Source: Chitinophagales bacterium (GTDB taxonomy: Bacteria; Bacteroidota; Bacteroidia; Chitinophagales; LD1). From it: 64,000 nt of DNA. Position numbers and translations under genes: made by a program. The stretch lies in the NCBI GenBank assembly GCA_044228435.1, contig JBGAUW010000003.1:285094-349093 (forward strand), read 5' to 3'. The notes below the pieces were generated by a model, which was not told the DNA's origin, ran no database searches, and was given only the letters and a program-made list of their open reading frames with translations. Shown one piece after another: positions 47,096 through 56,829 of the stretch (its first letter is position 1; every line of letters starts with the position of its first letter).

Positions 47096-48646
47096 ATGGA
47101 TTTTATTAAACGCACATTCCCCATGCTGTTTGGCATTTTTTTGCTGAGCGTGCTGGTGCGTTTGCCACAGCTTAACCGTCCGCTTTCCAAGCACCACGAG
47201 TTTTGCACCGCCATATCGTTGCGCGTAATGCAAATTTGGTACGATAACGGGATAGAAAACTACGGCTATAACCCGGTAATGACCTTTAATACCCCGGCCG
47301 ATAAGTTTATTAATAACAGCGCCAACCAAAGCGGGCGCATGATAGATAAGCAGGGCAACTACTATTACGTTTCGCATCCGCCCTTTGCCTATTATTTCCC
47401 CTTTTTCTTTTTTAAGCTATTGCATATAAGGCCCGATGTACTACCCCTGCAAATACTAAACATGCTGTTCCATTTTATCAGTGGCTTGTTTGTATATTTT
47501 ACGGTCTGTCTGCTTAGTTTTAACCGGGCGCGCTCGCTGCCATACCGCAGTGCGGTGGTGGCTTTTGCCATTTACATGTTTATGCCGGTTACCCTGTGGT
47601 TTCAGGGCAATGTATATATGAGCGATATGGCCGTACACCTGCTGTTTATTATAGGGGTTTACACGGCACTTAAAATGATTATACGGCGCAAATTCTATTC
47701 GCCCAAATACATTTTCTTTTACTGCCTTACCCTGGCTTTAATGATTTACACTAGCTGGCTGGGTGTATTTTTTGCCTTTGGCGTTTTGGTTTATTCGTTG
47801 TTGCACGTTCGGGGAGAGCTAAAGGGTTTCCGCGTTTTAATTTGGAGCACGCTGATTATACTATTGGTAATGCTGCGCCTGATAGTTTACCAATACTCGC
47901 AAATAAACGGGGTGGGCGCTTATGTAGAAGAAATGATGGGCCGCTATATCATCCGCGGCAGCCTGGAAGAGACCGACCAGGGCCTTTGGCATTTTATGTT
48001 CTCTTACCTATGGCTGGTTAAAACGCTTATTTATAACTACGTAATGCACTACATAGTTATATATGCCGCTATTGGGGCTTTTATGTGGCTGGCTATTAGC
48101 CGCAAAAAACTAAAAATTGTATTTAGCGAAAATGGCTACCGGTTTATTTGGCTAAGTGTAATGCCGGTGGTGCTGCTGCATGTTTTCTTCCTCAATTATT
48201 CGGTGCAGGACTTTAGCGCACTTTATGCCTCGCTCTTTTTTAGTGTGCTGGCAGGCATACTTTACGATAAGGTAAAAAAGAGCGGGGCAATACCTATCCG
48301 CACTATGCAAATTGGGTTGGTAGCGGTATTGTTATTAATGGTGGCGCAGTATGAGTTAATGAATATGCCCAATGCCTTTCGCAAGCAGCAACAAAAATTA
48401 ATGGGTGAAAAAATTCAGAGCTCCGCCGGTGCCGATGAAGTTATCTTTTCTTCTTATGAGCTTTTAGAGCCGCAGGCTATTTTTTATGCGCAACGCAATG
48501 TAAAGTATGCCAAAGATAAAGCCGAGGCTATCGAATTTTTGAAAGCCACCAATCGTAGTAAGGGCGTTTTCTTAGAGCTTAGAGATAATAAAGAGTATGT
48601 GAAGGTTGTCGAAAGATTTTCATTAGACTCAATCAATCAACAATAG
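47096..48646 (+). CDS. ArnT/PMT-like (GT39/GT83-type) membrane glycosyltransferase
   Basis: 516 aa from the ATG at 47096. It has 10 or more TM helices and an N-terminal loop after TM1 typical of polyprenyl-phosphate-sugar-dependent transferases. Recognition is moderate. Confidence 0.55.
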   Translation: MDFIKRTFPMLFGIFLLSVLVRLPQLNRPLSKHHEFCTAISLRVMQIWYDNGIENYGYNPVMTFNTPADKFINNSANQSGRMIDKQGNYYYVSHPPFAYYFPFFFFKLLHIRPDVLPLQILNMLFHFISGLFVYFTVCLLSFNRARSLPYRSAVVAFAIYMFMPVTLWFQGNVYMSDMAVHLLFIIGVYTALKMIIRRKFYSPKYIFFYCLTLALMIYTSWLGVFFAFGVLVYSLLHVRGELKGFRVLIWSTLIILLVMLRLIVYQYSQINGVGAYVEEMMGRYIIRGSLEETDQGLWHFMFSYLWLVKTLIYNYVMHYIVIYAAIGAFMWLAISRKKLKIVFSENGYRFIWLSVMPVVLLHVFFLNYSVQDFSALYASLFFSVLAGILYDKVKKSGAIPIRTMQIGLVAVLLLMVAQYELMNMPNAFRKQQQKLMGEKIQSSAGADEVIFSSYELLEPQAIFYAQRNVKYAKDKAEAIEFLKATNRSKGVFLELRDNKEYVKVVERFSLDSINQQ

Positions 48647-48663
48647 AATTTAATTTAAGTATT

Positions 48664-49620
48664 ATGTCATTACACACTATTCCCGTTGTCGATTTATCTG
48701 AATTTACCAATGGTAACGACCAGGCTAAACACAAATTTGTAGAAGAACTGGGCCGCGCATTTGAGGATGTCGGCTTTGTTTCGGTAAAAAATCACGGTGT
48801 ACCACAACCGCTGATTGACGAATATTATAAAGTAGTGCAACAGTTTTTTGCCTTGCCTAAAGAGGTAAAAAAGGGCTACGAAATACCGGAGCTTGCCGGT
48901 CAGCGGGGCTACACCAGCTTTGGTAAAGAGACCGCCAAGGGCTACGATGCCCCAGACCTGAAAGAGTTTTGGCAAATGGGCCAGATTGTTGAGGGCGAAG
49001 ACCTGCCGGTAGAGCATTATCCCGATAATGTGCGCGTAGCTGAACTACCTGCCTTTTTCGATTTGGGCACCGAACTTTATAAATCATTCGAAGGCTCAGG
49101 CCGTTTTTTATTGCGGGCTATAGCTATTCACTTAGGTATTGGCGAGTTTTATTTTGATAAGCACGTGCACAACGGCAACTCTATTTTGCGGGCCATCCAC
49201 TACCCGCCTATAACCAGCGAACCTAAAAGCGCGGTGCGGGCCGAGCAACATGAGGATATTAACCTGATTACCTTGTTAGTAGGTGCCTCTGCCGAGGGCT
49301 TACAGTTACTAAACCGCCAAAAAGAGTGGCTGGATATTACTGCACCCGAAGGCTGCATAGTGGTAAACGTGGGCGATATGCTGCAACGCCTAACCAACAA
49401 CAAATTAAAATCTACCACTCACCGCGTGGTTAACCCGCCACGCGAAAAATGGCATACCTCTCGTTTTTCTATCCCTTTCTTTATGCACCCGCGCAGCGAA
49501 ATGCGCCTGGATTGTTTGCCCGGCTGCGTTACCGATAATCACCCTATTGCTTACGAGCCAATTTCGGCCGGCGAATACCTAAACGAAAGGCTGATTGAGA
49601 TTGGGTTGAAGAAGAAGTAA
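48664..49620 (+). CDS. 2-oxoglutarate/Fe(II)-dependent oxygenase (isopenicillin N synthase family)
   Basis: 318 aa with the HxD...H facial triad context (EQHEDINLITLL, STTHRV) and RFS. Confidence 0.85.
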   Translation: MSLHTIPVVDLSEFTNGNDQAKHKFVEELGRAFEDVGFVSVKNHGVPQPLIDEYYKVVQQFFALPKEVKKGYEIPELAGQRGYTSFGKETAKGYDAPDLKEFWQMGQIVEGEDLPVEHYPDNVRVAELPAFFDLGTELYKSFEGSGRFLLRAIAIHLGIGEFYFDKHVHNGNSILRAIHYPPITSEPKSAVRAEQHEDINLITLLVGASAEGLQLLNRQKEWLDITAPEGCIVVNVGDMLQRLTNNKLKSTTHRVVNPPREKWHTSRFSIPFFMHPRSEMRLDCLPGCVTDNHPIAYEPISAGEYLNERLIEIGLKKK

Positions 49621-49627
49621 CCCTTAG

Positions 49628-49715
49628 TAAATGTCATGCTGAGCGGAGTCGAAGCAGGCATTTGCTTAGGCGGAAGCACTTGTCTTCGACTTCGCTCAGA
49701 CTGACATGCTTCCTT
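49628..49715. repeat. Intergenic palindromic repeat (family A), complete hairpin copy
   Basis: Arm GTCATGCTGAGCGGAGTCGAAG (49633-49654) is complementary to CTTCGACTTCGCTCAGACTGAC (49684-49705). It is near-identical to the inverted copy at 7329-7411. Two further hairpins follow at 49744-49760 and 49775-49806. Confidence 0.8.
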
Positions 49716-49880
49716 GGTTTTGCCTTGGAAACAACGAATGAATCTTGCCTTTTAGGCAATCTTACAAAGACACGATTTCTCATGGGCCAGAGCGCCCATT
49801 CGAAATGACAAAATACCGGCGAGCCCTTAAGCCCGCATCTACCCGTAAATTTTTATCTTCGCCCACTTATTTTAGAAGTA

Positions 49881-52800
49881 ATGAACCGCAAAAATCCAGA
49901 CCACAAGGGCTACCCCGAATTTGACCAGTTAAGCCTGCCGGCTATCGAAAAAGAAATTTTGAAATGGTGGGCCGAAAACGACATTTTTAAAAAGAGCGTA
50001 GAAACCCGCTCCGACGATAAGCGCTTTGTATTTTACGAAGGCCCCCCGAGCGCCAACGGTATGCCCGGCATACACCACGTAATGGGTCGCACCATTAAGG
50101 ATTTGTTCTGCCGCTATAAAACCCTGCAGGGGTTTAGGGTAGAGCGCAAAGCCGGTTGGGACACCCACGGTTTGCCGGTAGAATTAGGCGTTGAGAAGCA
50201 ATTAGGCATTACCAAGGCCGATATAGGTAAAACCATAACCGTAGAGGAATATAACCGACTGTGCCGCGAAGATGTGATGAAGTTTACCGACATCTGGCGC
50301 GATCTGACCGATAAAATGGGTTACTGGGTGGATATGGATAACCCTTATGTTACCTACGAGAATAACTATATAGAAAGTTTGTGGGCTTTGTTGAAGAAGC
50401 TGTACGACAAAAACCTTTTGTATGAAGGTTACACCATTCAACCTTACTCACCGGCTGCCGGTACCGGCTTAAGCTCGCACGAGTTGAACCAGCCGGGCTG
50501 CTACCGCGAGGTGAAGGATGTGAGCGCGATTGCGCAGTTTAAAACGACGGATGCAAAATTTGGTGTAGAAGGCGATGTTTTCTTCTTAGCCTGGACGACC
50601 ACACCGTGGACCTTACCATCCAACACAGCCCTTGCAGTAGGTAAAGAGATTGAATATGTATTGGTAAAAACTTTCAACTCGTTTACGTTTAAGCCAATCC
50701 ATGTAATACTGGCTAAAGATTTATTTGGCAAATACTTTAGCGAAGCCAATGCTGAATTGAAGATTGAAGATTACAAAGCCGGCGACAAGCAAATACCTTA
50801 CACCGTTTTAAATTCATACAAGGGCGCTGAATTAAACGGCATCCGCTACGAGCAGCTATTACCTTATACCCAACCTACTGATGGCGACGCCTTCAGAGTG
50901 TTGTTAGGCGATTTTGTTACCACTACCGATGGTACCGGTATAGTGCATATAGCGCCAAGCTTTGGTGCCGATGACTTTAGGGTAGCCAAACAAAATGGTG
51001 TAGGCTCTTTAACGCTGGTAGATAAGCAGGGTAAGTTTGTAGATGATGTAAACGACCCGGTGTTCCCTTTAGAGCGCCGCTATGTAAAAGATGCTTACTA
51101 CACCGCTGCAGAGCTGGAGCAGGATTTTCATTTGCAGAAAGAGATACTGCGGGTAAACAATGTAATACCCGATTTGAAGAACCACATGAGCGTGGATGAA
51201 TTGATTGTGCTAAAGCTGAAACTGGAGAACAAGCTTTTTAAAACTGAAAAATACGAGCACAATTACCCGCACTGCTGGCGCACCGATAAACCGGTAATAT
51301 ACTATCCACTGGATAGCTGGTTTATTCGCACTACTGCCGTTAAGGATAGATTGATAGAGCTAAACAAAACCATTAACTGGAAACCGGCGCATACAGGCGA
51401 AGGACGTTTTGGCCAGTGGTTAGAGAACTTGGTTGACTGGAACCTATCGCGCTCGCGCTACTGGGGCACTCCGCTGCCAATCTGGATTAGCGAAGATGGA
51501 ACAGAGCAAGTATGTATAGGTTCTATAGCCGAGTTAAAGGCAGAAGTAGAGAAATCGGTAAAGGCGGGCTTGATGAAGCACGTGGAGATAACTGACTTAC
51601 ACAAACCGGTAGTAGATGATATAGTATTGCTTTCGGCAACTGGTAAGGCTATGAAGCGTGTGCCCGACCTTATCGATGTTTGGTTTGATAGCGGTGCCAT
51701 GCCTTATGCGCAGTGGCATTATCCTTTCGAAAATATAGAGCAATTTGAAAAGAATTTCCCTGCTGATTATATAGCCGAAGGCGTAGACCAAACCCGTGGC
51801 TGGTTCTTTACCCTGCACGTATTGGCAGTAGCTTTGTTTGACTCGGTAGCTTATAAAAATGTAGTAAGCAATGGTTTGTTGCTGGATAAAAACGGCAACA
51901 AAATGAGCAAGCGTTTGGGCAATGTTATCGACCCGTTTAAGACTATTGAGACATACTCCGCTGATGCTACGCGTTGGTATATGATGCGCAACAGCGACCC
52001 GTGGGAAAATATGAAATTTGATATGGATGGACTGCAGGAGGTTATGCGTTCGCACTTTGGTACGCTGTATAACACCTATGGCTTTTTTGCCCTGTATGCC
52101 AATATAGATAACTGGAAGATTGACGAGCAGAACATAGTACCGGTGGCACAAAGGCCGGAGCTGGACCGCTGGATAATTTCTAAACTGCAATCGCTGGTGA
52201 AAGAAGTAACTGCGCAGTATGAAGATTACGAACCAACACGTGCTACCCGTGCCATCGAAAAGTTTGTAGATGAAGATTTTAGCAATTGGTATGTGCGCTT
52301 AAACCGCCGCCGTTTTTGGAAGGGCGAAATGAGCGAGGATAAAAAAGCCGCTTACGAAACCTTGTATGAATGTTTGCAGGTAGTAGGACAGTTAATGGCG
52401 CCGGTATCGCCTTTCTTTAGTGAGTGGCTATACCAAAACCTTACCGGCACTATCCGCGAGGCAGCCGTTAAAAACAACACCCCGCTTAAATGGGAGAGCG
52501 TACATTTAACCTTGCTTACTAAGGCAAATGAAAAACTGATAGATAAAGACCTCGAAGAGCGTATGGAGTTGGCACAAAAAGCCTGCTCTCTGATACTATC
52601 GCTCCGCAAAAAGGAGAAGATAAAAGTTCGTCAGCCGCTTTCGAAAATACTGATACCGGTACTAAGCGATAAAATGCAACAGCAGTTGAGCAAGGTAGAA
52701 AGCTATATTTTAAGTGAAGTAAATGTAAAGGGTGTTGAATACATAAGCGATGCCAGCGGGGTGGTTAAAAAGAAGATAAAGCTGAATTTTAAAACCCTGG

Positions 52801-53288
52801 GCAAACGTGCCGGTAATAAAATGAAAGCGCTGCAGGCTGCTTTAACTTCGTTTACTACGGATGATATTGCCACTATAGAACGCGACCAGAAATACAACCT
52901 GCCACTGGATGGCGAAACATTTGAATTGCTGTTAAGCGATGTAGAAATACAAACCGAAGATATACCGGGCTGGCTGGTAGCCAGCGAAGGCGGCTTAACC
53001 GTGGCCTTAGATGTAACGCTTACCGATGATTTGCGAAACGAAGGCAACGCCCGCGAGTTTGTAAACAAGGTGCAAAACCTACGTAAGGATAAGGACTTCC
53101 AGGTGCTGGACCGCATTCGTGTATCGGTAGTAAAAAATGCAACATTAGAATCTACTTTGGTTTCGTATAAAGATTATATAGCCAACGAGATATTGGCAAA
53201 AGACATTTTGGTGGTAGATAGCTTAAGCGACTTTGACGAGGTAGAACTGAACGAAGAGATTTTAAAAGTAAAGGTTGAACTGAATTAA
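49881..53288 (+). CDS. ileS: Isoleucine--tRNA ligase (long, type 2 / eukaryote-like form)
   Basis: 1135 aa. HIGH-region PSANGMPGIHHVMGR, KMSKS motif KMSKRLGN, and a CP1 editing insert. Confidence 0.95.
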   Translation: MNRKNPDHKGYPEFDQLSLPAIEKEILKWWAENDIFKKSVETRSDDKRFVFYEGPPSANGMPGIHHVMGRTIKDLFCRYKTLQGFRVERKAGWDTHGLPVELGVEKQLGITKADIGKTITVEEYNRLCREDVMKFTDIWRDLTDKMGYWVDMDNPYVTYENNYIESLWALLKKLYDKNLLYEGYTIQPYSPAAGTGLSSHELNQPGCYREVKDVSAIAQFKTTDAKFGVEGDVFFLAWTTTPWTLPSNTALAVGKEIEYVLVKTFNSFTFKPIHVILAKDLFGKYFSEANAELKIEDYKAGDKQIPYTVLNSYKGAELNGIRYEQLLPYTQPTDGDAFRVLLGDFVTTTDGTGIVHIAPSFGADDFRVAKQNGVGSLTLVDKQGKFVDDVNDPVFPLERRYVKDAYYTAAELEQDFHLQKEILRVNNVIPDLKNHMSVDELIVLKLKLENKLFKTEKYEHNYPHCWRTDKPVIYYPLDSWFIRTTAVKDRLIELNKTINWKPAHTGEGRFGQWLENLVDWNLSRSRYWGTPLPIWISEDGTEQVCIGSIAELKAEVEKSVKAGLMKHVEITDLHKPVVDDIVLLSATGKAMKRVPDLIDVWFDSGAMPYAQWHYPFENIEQFEKNFPADYIAEGVDQTRGWFFTLHVLAVALFDSVAYKNVVSNGLLLDKNGNKMSKRLGNVIDPFKTIETYSADATRWYMMRNSDPWENMKFDMDGLQEVMRSHFGTLYNTYGFFALYANIDNWKIDEQNIVPVAQRPELDRWIISKLQSLVKEVTAQYEDYEPTRATRAIEKFVDEDFSNWYVRLNRRRFWKGEMSEDKKAAYETLYECLQVVGQLMAPVSPFFSEWLYQNLTGTIREAAVKNNTPLKWESVHLTLLTKANEKLIDKDLEERMELAQKACSLILSLRKKEKIKVRQPLSKILIPVLSDKMQQQLSKVESYILSEVNVKGVEYISDASGVVKKKIKLNFKTLGKRAGNKMKALQAALTSFTTDDIATIERDQKYNLPLDGETFELLLSDVEIQTEDIPGWLVASEGGLTVALDVTLTDDLRNEGNAREFVNKVQNLRKDKDFQVLDRIRVSVVKNATLESTLVSYKDYIANEILAKDILVVDSLSDFDEVELNEEILKVKVELN

Positions 53289-53292
53289 GCTT

Positions 53293-53901
53293 ATGCGCAC
53301 CATCATCTTCTTATTGTTATCATTTACCGCGTGCCACGTTTTTGCGCAGTATGACACCACCTATCCAGCGGGTTGCTATATGAAATTAGAGGAACTGCAA
53401 ACCAAGGTGCCAACTAAAAAATGCAAGCTGCAAATAACTGAAAAGGCAGGGGGTGTATTTTTGGGTTTTGGCGCCAACGATTACGTGCTTCAATCGAAAG
53501 ATGATTGCCTGAGTAAAAAACAGATAAGAGGCGATATGTTTGCTTACAGCGATGGTAAAGATTTGTATTTGAATGGCGGCAAGCAGGATTTGCAGGGCGC
53601 TTATGTAGGCGTTGTAAGCCGTGGTAAAAACTATTTGGTGTTTAGCGGCACCCGCACTACGCAGGAGGCTATTGGCGCTATGCTAATGGGTGGTGCGGCT
53701 ACCACCGGCACCGAGGCTAAAGGAAGATACTTATATGTAATGGATATGAAAACCGGTAAATCGCTTTATGCCACACCGGAATATTTGGATGAGATACTTT
53801 CGCCGCTGCCTGAATTAAAAAAGCAGTATGATGCCGAAAGCGCTAAAGGGTCCGACGAAACGATGTTGAAGTATTTAATTTTATGTAATCAAGCTCAATG
53901 A
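53293..53901 (+). CDS. Hypothetical secreted protein
   Basis: 202 aa with signal peptide MRTIIFLLLSFTACHVFAQ. It starts 4 nt after the ileS stop and overlaps the lspA start by 4 nt. Confidence 0.6.
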   Translation: MRTIIFLLLSFTACHVFAQYDTTYPAGCYMKLEELQTKVPTKKCKLQITEKAGGVFLGFGANDYVLQSKDDCLSKKQIRGDMFAYSDGKDLYLNGGKQDLQGAYVGVVSRGKNYLVFSGTRTTQEAIGAMLMGGAATTGTEAKGRYLYVMDMKTGKSLYATPEYLDEILSPLPELKKQYDAESAKGSDETMLKYLILCNQAQ

Positions 53902-54524
53902 AAGGATACAAACCATTTTTAATTATAGTAGCAATACTAATCATTGACCAGGTAACTAAGTTTTGGGTGAAGACGCACATGTTCCTGGGGCAGGAAATTC
54001 CGCTAACCAGCTGGCTTACCATACACTTTACCGAAAACCCGGGTATGGCCTTTGGCATGGTGCTGCCCGGCGTGTGGGGCAAACTATTTTTAAGTGGCTT
54101 TAGATTAATAGCTGTAGGTGGCGGAGCATACTTTATCCATCACCTTATAAAAACCAAAGCGCACTGGGGCTTTATTACCGCGGCCAGTATGATTTTAGCA
54201 GGCGCTATTGGCAACATGATAGACGGCAGTATATACGGTATCATATTTACCGATAGCTATATGGGGGCCGCCAAATTATTTCCTGAAAAAGGTTATGCCG
54301 GTTTTATGCAGGGGCTGGTAGTAGATATGATACACGTTAGGCTGCCTGAGGTTCATTTCCGCGGGCAAATGTACGAGCCATTCCCGTTCATCTTTAACAT
54401 AGCCGATGCGGCCATTACCACCGGTGTGTTTTTAATTCTTATTTGCCAGAAATGGTTTTTTAAGGAAGATCCGAAACCCGCAACTACAGATGCTGTTGTA
54501 ACGGATGTAAATCCGCAGGTTTAA
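53898..54524 (+). CDS. lspA: Lipoprotein signal peptidase (signal peptidase II)
   Basis: 208 aa with 4 TM helices and the conserved NPGMAFG and FNIADAAIT regions. Confidence 0.9.
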   Translation: MKGYKPFLIIVAILIIDQVTKFWVKTHMFLGQEIPLTSWLTIHFTENPGMAFGMVLPGVWGKLFLSGFRLIAVGGGAYFIHHLIKTKAHWGFITAASMILAGAIGNMIDGSIYGIIFTDSYMGAAKLFPEKGYAGFMQGLVVDMIHVRLPEVHFRGQMYEPFPFIFNIADAAITTGVFLILICQKWFFKEDPKPATTDAVVTDVNPQV

Positions 54525-54559
54525 AACTACCCGTTACTCGCTACTCAAGGTAAAATACT

Positions 54560-54640
54560 TACCACGAAGGCACTTAGAACATAGAGAAGCACAGAGAAAT
54601 TCTTCGTGTTGCCTGGTGCACTCTGTACCTCTGTGGTTAG
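54560..54640. repeat. Palindromic intergenic element (CACAGAG / CTCTGTG type)
   Basis: CACGAAG (54563-54569) is complementary to CTTCGTG (54602-54608). GCACAGAGA faces CTCTGTACCTCTGTGG. It lies between convergent genes, and a degenerate relative may lie at 30430-30470. Confidence 0.45.
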
Positions 54641-54649
54641 GCTTTCAGC

Positions 54650-55369
54650 CTAAAACTCGGCAAAAGTTTGCACTATAGTTTTTAGCAGGTTACTATCGCG
54701 CTCGTCGCGCATTAGTTTGGCAAAATCTTTTAGCAGATAGGTCTTAGGCAGCAAAAACATCTCTTTGGCAATAGGTTCGTTTTTAATACCCACCTTCACC
54801 TTGCTTTCTTTCTTACTCACTTTGCTGCTTACTTCGGCTTCCAGTATTTGGCCTTTTACGGTACCGCTGGCCTCGTTCCAATTACCTAACAAACGTAAAA
54901 ATGGTATCAGCTCGTTAACCGGTGCATTAACATCGCCGGTCCACAGGGTGGCTTTGCGTAAATCGGTTTCGCCGGTATACTTTGTCATTACCATGCCGTT
55001 TTCGCTTTTAGGCTTTTCGCCGGCTTTAAATGCAAAGCCGGGGTTTAGCGTAAAGCCTTCTTTAAGGTTATTTTTTGCATAATAACCTACCAACGAATCG
55101 AGGTTGTATTTGATAATTACTTTGCGGGCCGAGGTAGAGATAGTGTAAAGCTCGCGCGACTTAAGGTTGATTACAAAACGGTCGTATTTGGTATTGCCGT
55201 TTTCGTTTTGCTTAAGGTAAACCTCATCGCCCTTTACTTTTATTTCGCAAAGTATAGTGGTGTTCTTCTCGTTAATGTAAAACACATCAATACTGCCTTC
55301 GAAAGGAGCTTGCGCCGCCAGGTAACCCGAAATAAAAACAAGTAACAAAAGCAAAAGTGGGTTCCTCAT
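54650..55369 (-). CDS. Hypothetical secreted protein (DUF4412-like)
   Basis: 239 aa with a signal peptide. It is the last gene of the minus-strand GT-dgkA operon (4-nt overlap). The family call is tentative. Confidence 0.5.
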   Translation of the reverse strand: MRNPLLLLLLVFISGYLAAQAPFEGSIDVFYINEKNTTILCEIKVKGDEVYLKQNENGNTKYDRFVINLKSRELYTISTSARKVIIKYNLDSLVGYYAKNNLKEGFTLNPGFAFKAGEKPKSENGMVMTKYTGETDLRKATLWTGDVNAPVNELIPFLRLLGNWNEASGTVKGQILEAEVSSKVSKKESKVKVGIKNEPIAKEMFLLPKTYLLKDFAKLMRDERDSNLLKTIVQTFAEF

Positions 55370-55725
55370 AGCAGGGCGTTAAAAATTTTATTGCCAAAAA
55401 TATAAACAGCTACCACTGCTGCAACTATAGCGGTTAGTAAAACTGCGCCTGCGGCAATATCTTTTATTTTTCCGGCCCGCTCATCAAACTGTGGCGAAAC
55501 CAAATCAACCAGGGCTTCAATGGCCGTATTCATCATTTCGGCAGCCATTACACCGCCAATGCTCAGGGCTATTAAACTCCATTCAATAGCTGTAAGCCCT
55601 AAAAACAATCCAGCTACAGTTACCACCAGTACAGCCACTGCGTGTATGCGCATGTTCTGCTGGGTTTTTAGCACCACCATCATTCCCTTTAGTGCGTAAC
55701 CAAAACTATTAAGCAATTTCTTCAT
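55366..55725 (-). CDS. dgkA: Diacylglycerol kinase family protein (prokaryotic DgkA type)
   Basis: 119 aa with 3 TM helices and the motif AAEMMNTAIEALVD. Confidence 0.85.
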   Translation of the reverse strand: MKKLLNSFGYALKGMMVVLKTQQNMRIHAVAVLVVTVAGLFLGLTAIEWSLIALSIGGVMAAEMMNTAIEALVDLVSPQFDERAGKIKDIAAGAVLLTAIVAAVVAVYIFGNKIFNALL

Positions 55726-56791
55726 TTATAATGGCCTTTACGGCTTTTTGTAAAAGTGAATCATCGTAGCCAAAATTGGCAAAACCCGTAAAATTTTGTG
55801 ATTCTTTTAACGCAGTCTCAAGGTCAAAATCCTCCTGGTTCATATAATAAGCAATTCCGCGCCTCATTAATTCTTCGGCCAGGTAAATTTGTTCTGTCTG
55901 GCCGGGGGTTGGTATAAAAATAGCCTTTTTGCCAAGCCTTGCTAAATCCATTACCGTGCTGTAGCCGGGCCGTGCTATCACTATATCGCTTTGCTCAATA
56001 GCCTCGTTTAAATCTTCGCTGCAAAGGCTGTTAGAGATAGTAAAGCGCGGGTCTTTTTTATAATACTTGCTCATTATTTCCGTTTTGCCCAATACTAGAA
56101 GGCATTGCAAACGGCTCCTTTTAAATTCGTAGGTAAGCAAAGCTTCCAGGTTGCCGCGTTGCGGCTCGGGGCCAGAGCAAATACCGCAAACATCGTACTG
56201 CTTCTCTGTCTCTATTTTTTTGAAGCGCGATAAATAGCCAATGTGCCGCACATTCAGATTGTTGTTATTGGCGGCCAGTTCTGAAACAAAAGATTCTTCG
56301 GGGGCCGGCACCCAGCATTCGGCAAACTTGCTGATATAATCGTGGTTCTTTTTGTTTACCCGTTTTTCTATCCATTTCCAAAACGGCGGCATTTTTATGT
56401 TTAGCTGGTGCGTAATAATTACCGACTTTACTTTGGTGCTATAGCAACCATACCTATTGTCGGATATAACCATATCAATGGCATTGCGCTCCACTATCTT
56501 TTCTACCTGCGCCTGCTCCTTTTTAATTATGCTCAAAAATTTGCCGAGTTGCAGTCCCATTTTTAAAACCATGCCATCGCCATCGGGGTATACAGGGTCG
56601 TAGCCGTCAATTTCGAAAACCCGTACGGTTAAAAAAAACTCTTTTTTAAGCAAATCGTGTGCGCGGCCGCTGCTGGCTATAAACACGATGCAGTTCTGCC
56701 GTTGCAGCTCCTTTATTAAAGGAATGCAGCGGGTGGCATGGCCCAGGCCCCAATCCAGCGGGGTTACTAAAATTCGTTTCGGTGCTTCCAA
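55709..56791 (-). CDS. Glycosyltransferase (GT28/MurG-like C-terminal domain, GT-B fold)
   Basis: 360 aa. The N-terminus ILVTPLDWGLGHATRCIPL and the C-terminal ARPGYSTVMD nucleotide-sugar motif are present. Confidence 0.75.
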   Translation of the reverse strand: MEAPKRILVTPLDWGLGHATRCIPLIKELQRQNCIVFIASSGRAHDLLKKEFFLTVRVFEIDGYDPVYPDGDGMVLKMGLQLGKFLSIIKKEQAQVEKIVERNAIDMVISDNRYGCYSTKVKSVIITHQLNIKMPPFWKWIEKRVNKKNHDYISKFAECWVPAPEESFVSELAANNNNLNVRHIGYLSRFKKIETEKQYDVCGICSGPEPQRGNLEALLTYEFKRSRLQCLLVLGKTEIMSKYYKKDPRFTISNSLCSEDLNEAIEQSDIVIARPGYSTVMDLARLGKKAIFIPTPGQTEQIYLAEELMRRGIAYYMNQEDFDLETALKESQNFTGFANFGYDDSLLQKAVKAIINEEIA

Positions 56792-56829
56792 TCCTTATAC
56801 TTATTTTTGCTACAGAACGTTGTAATAAT

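Noticed and set aside
51597-52190. 197-aa minus-strand ORF inside ileS. Similar long antisense ORFs lie at 58500-59060 in mreB, 35046-35501 across the GGGPS/rsgA genes, 24577-25002 in the polyprenyl synthase gene and 12849-13220 opposite the AhpD-like gene.
   Set aside because: Each lies fully antisense to a gene with unmistakable conserved motifs. Their translations are low-complexity or biased, with no recognisable domain. They are shadow ORFs.
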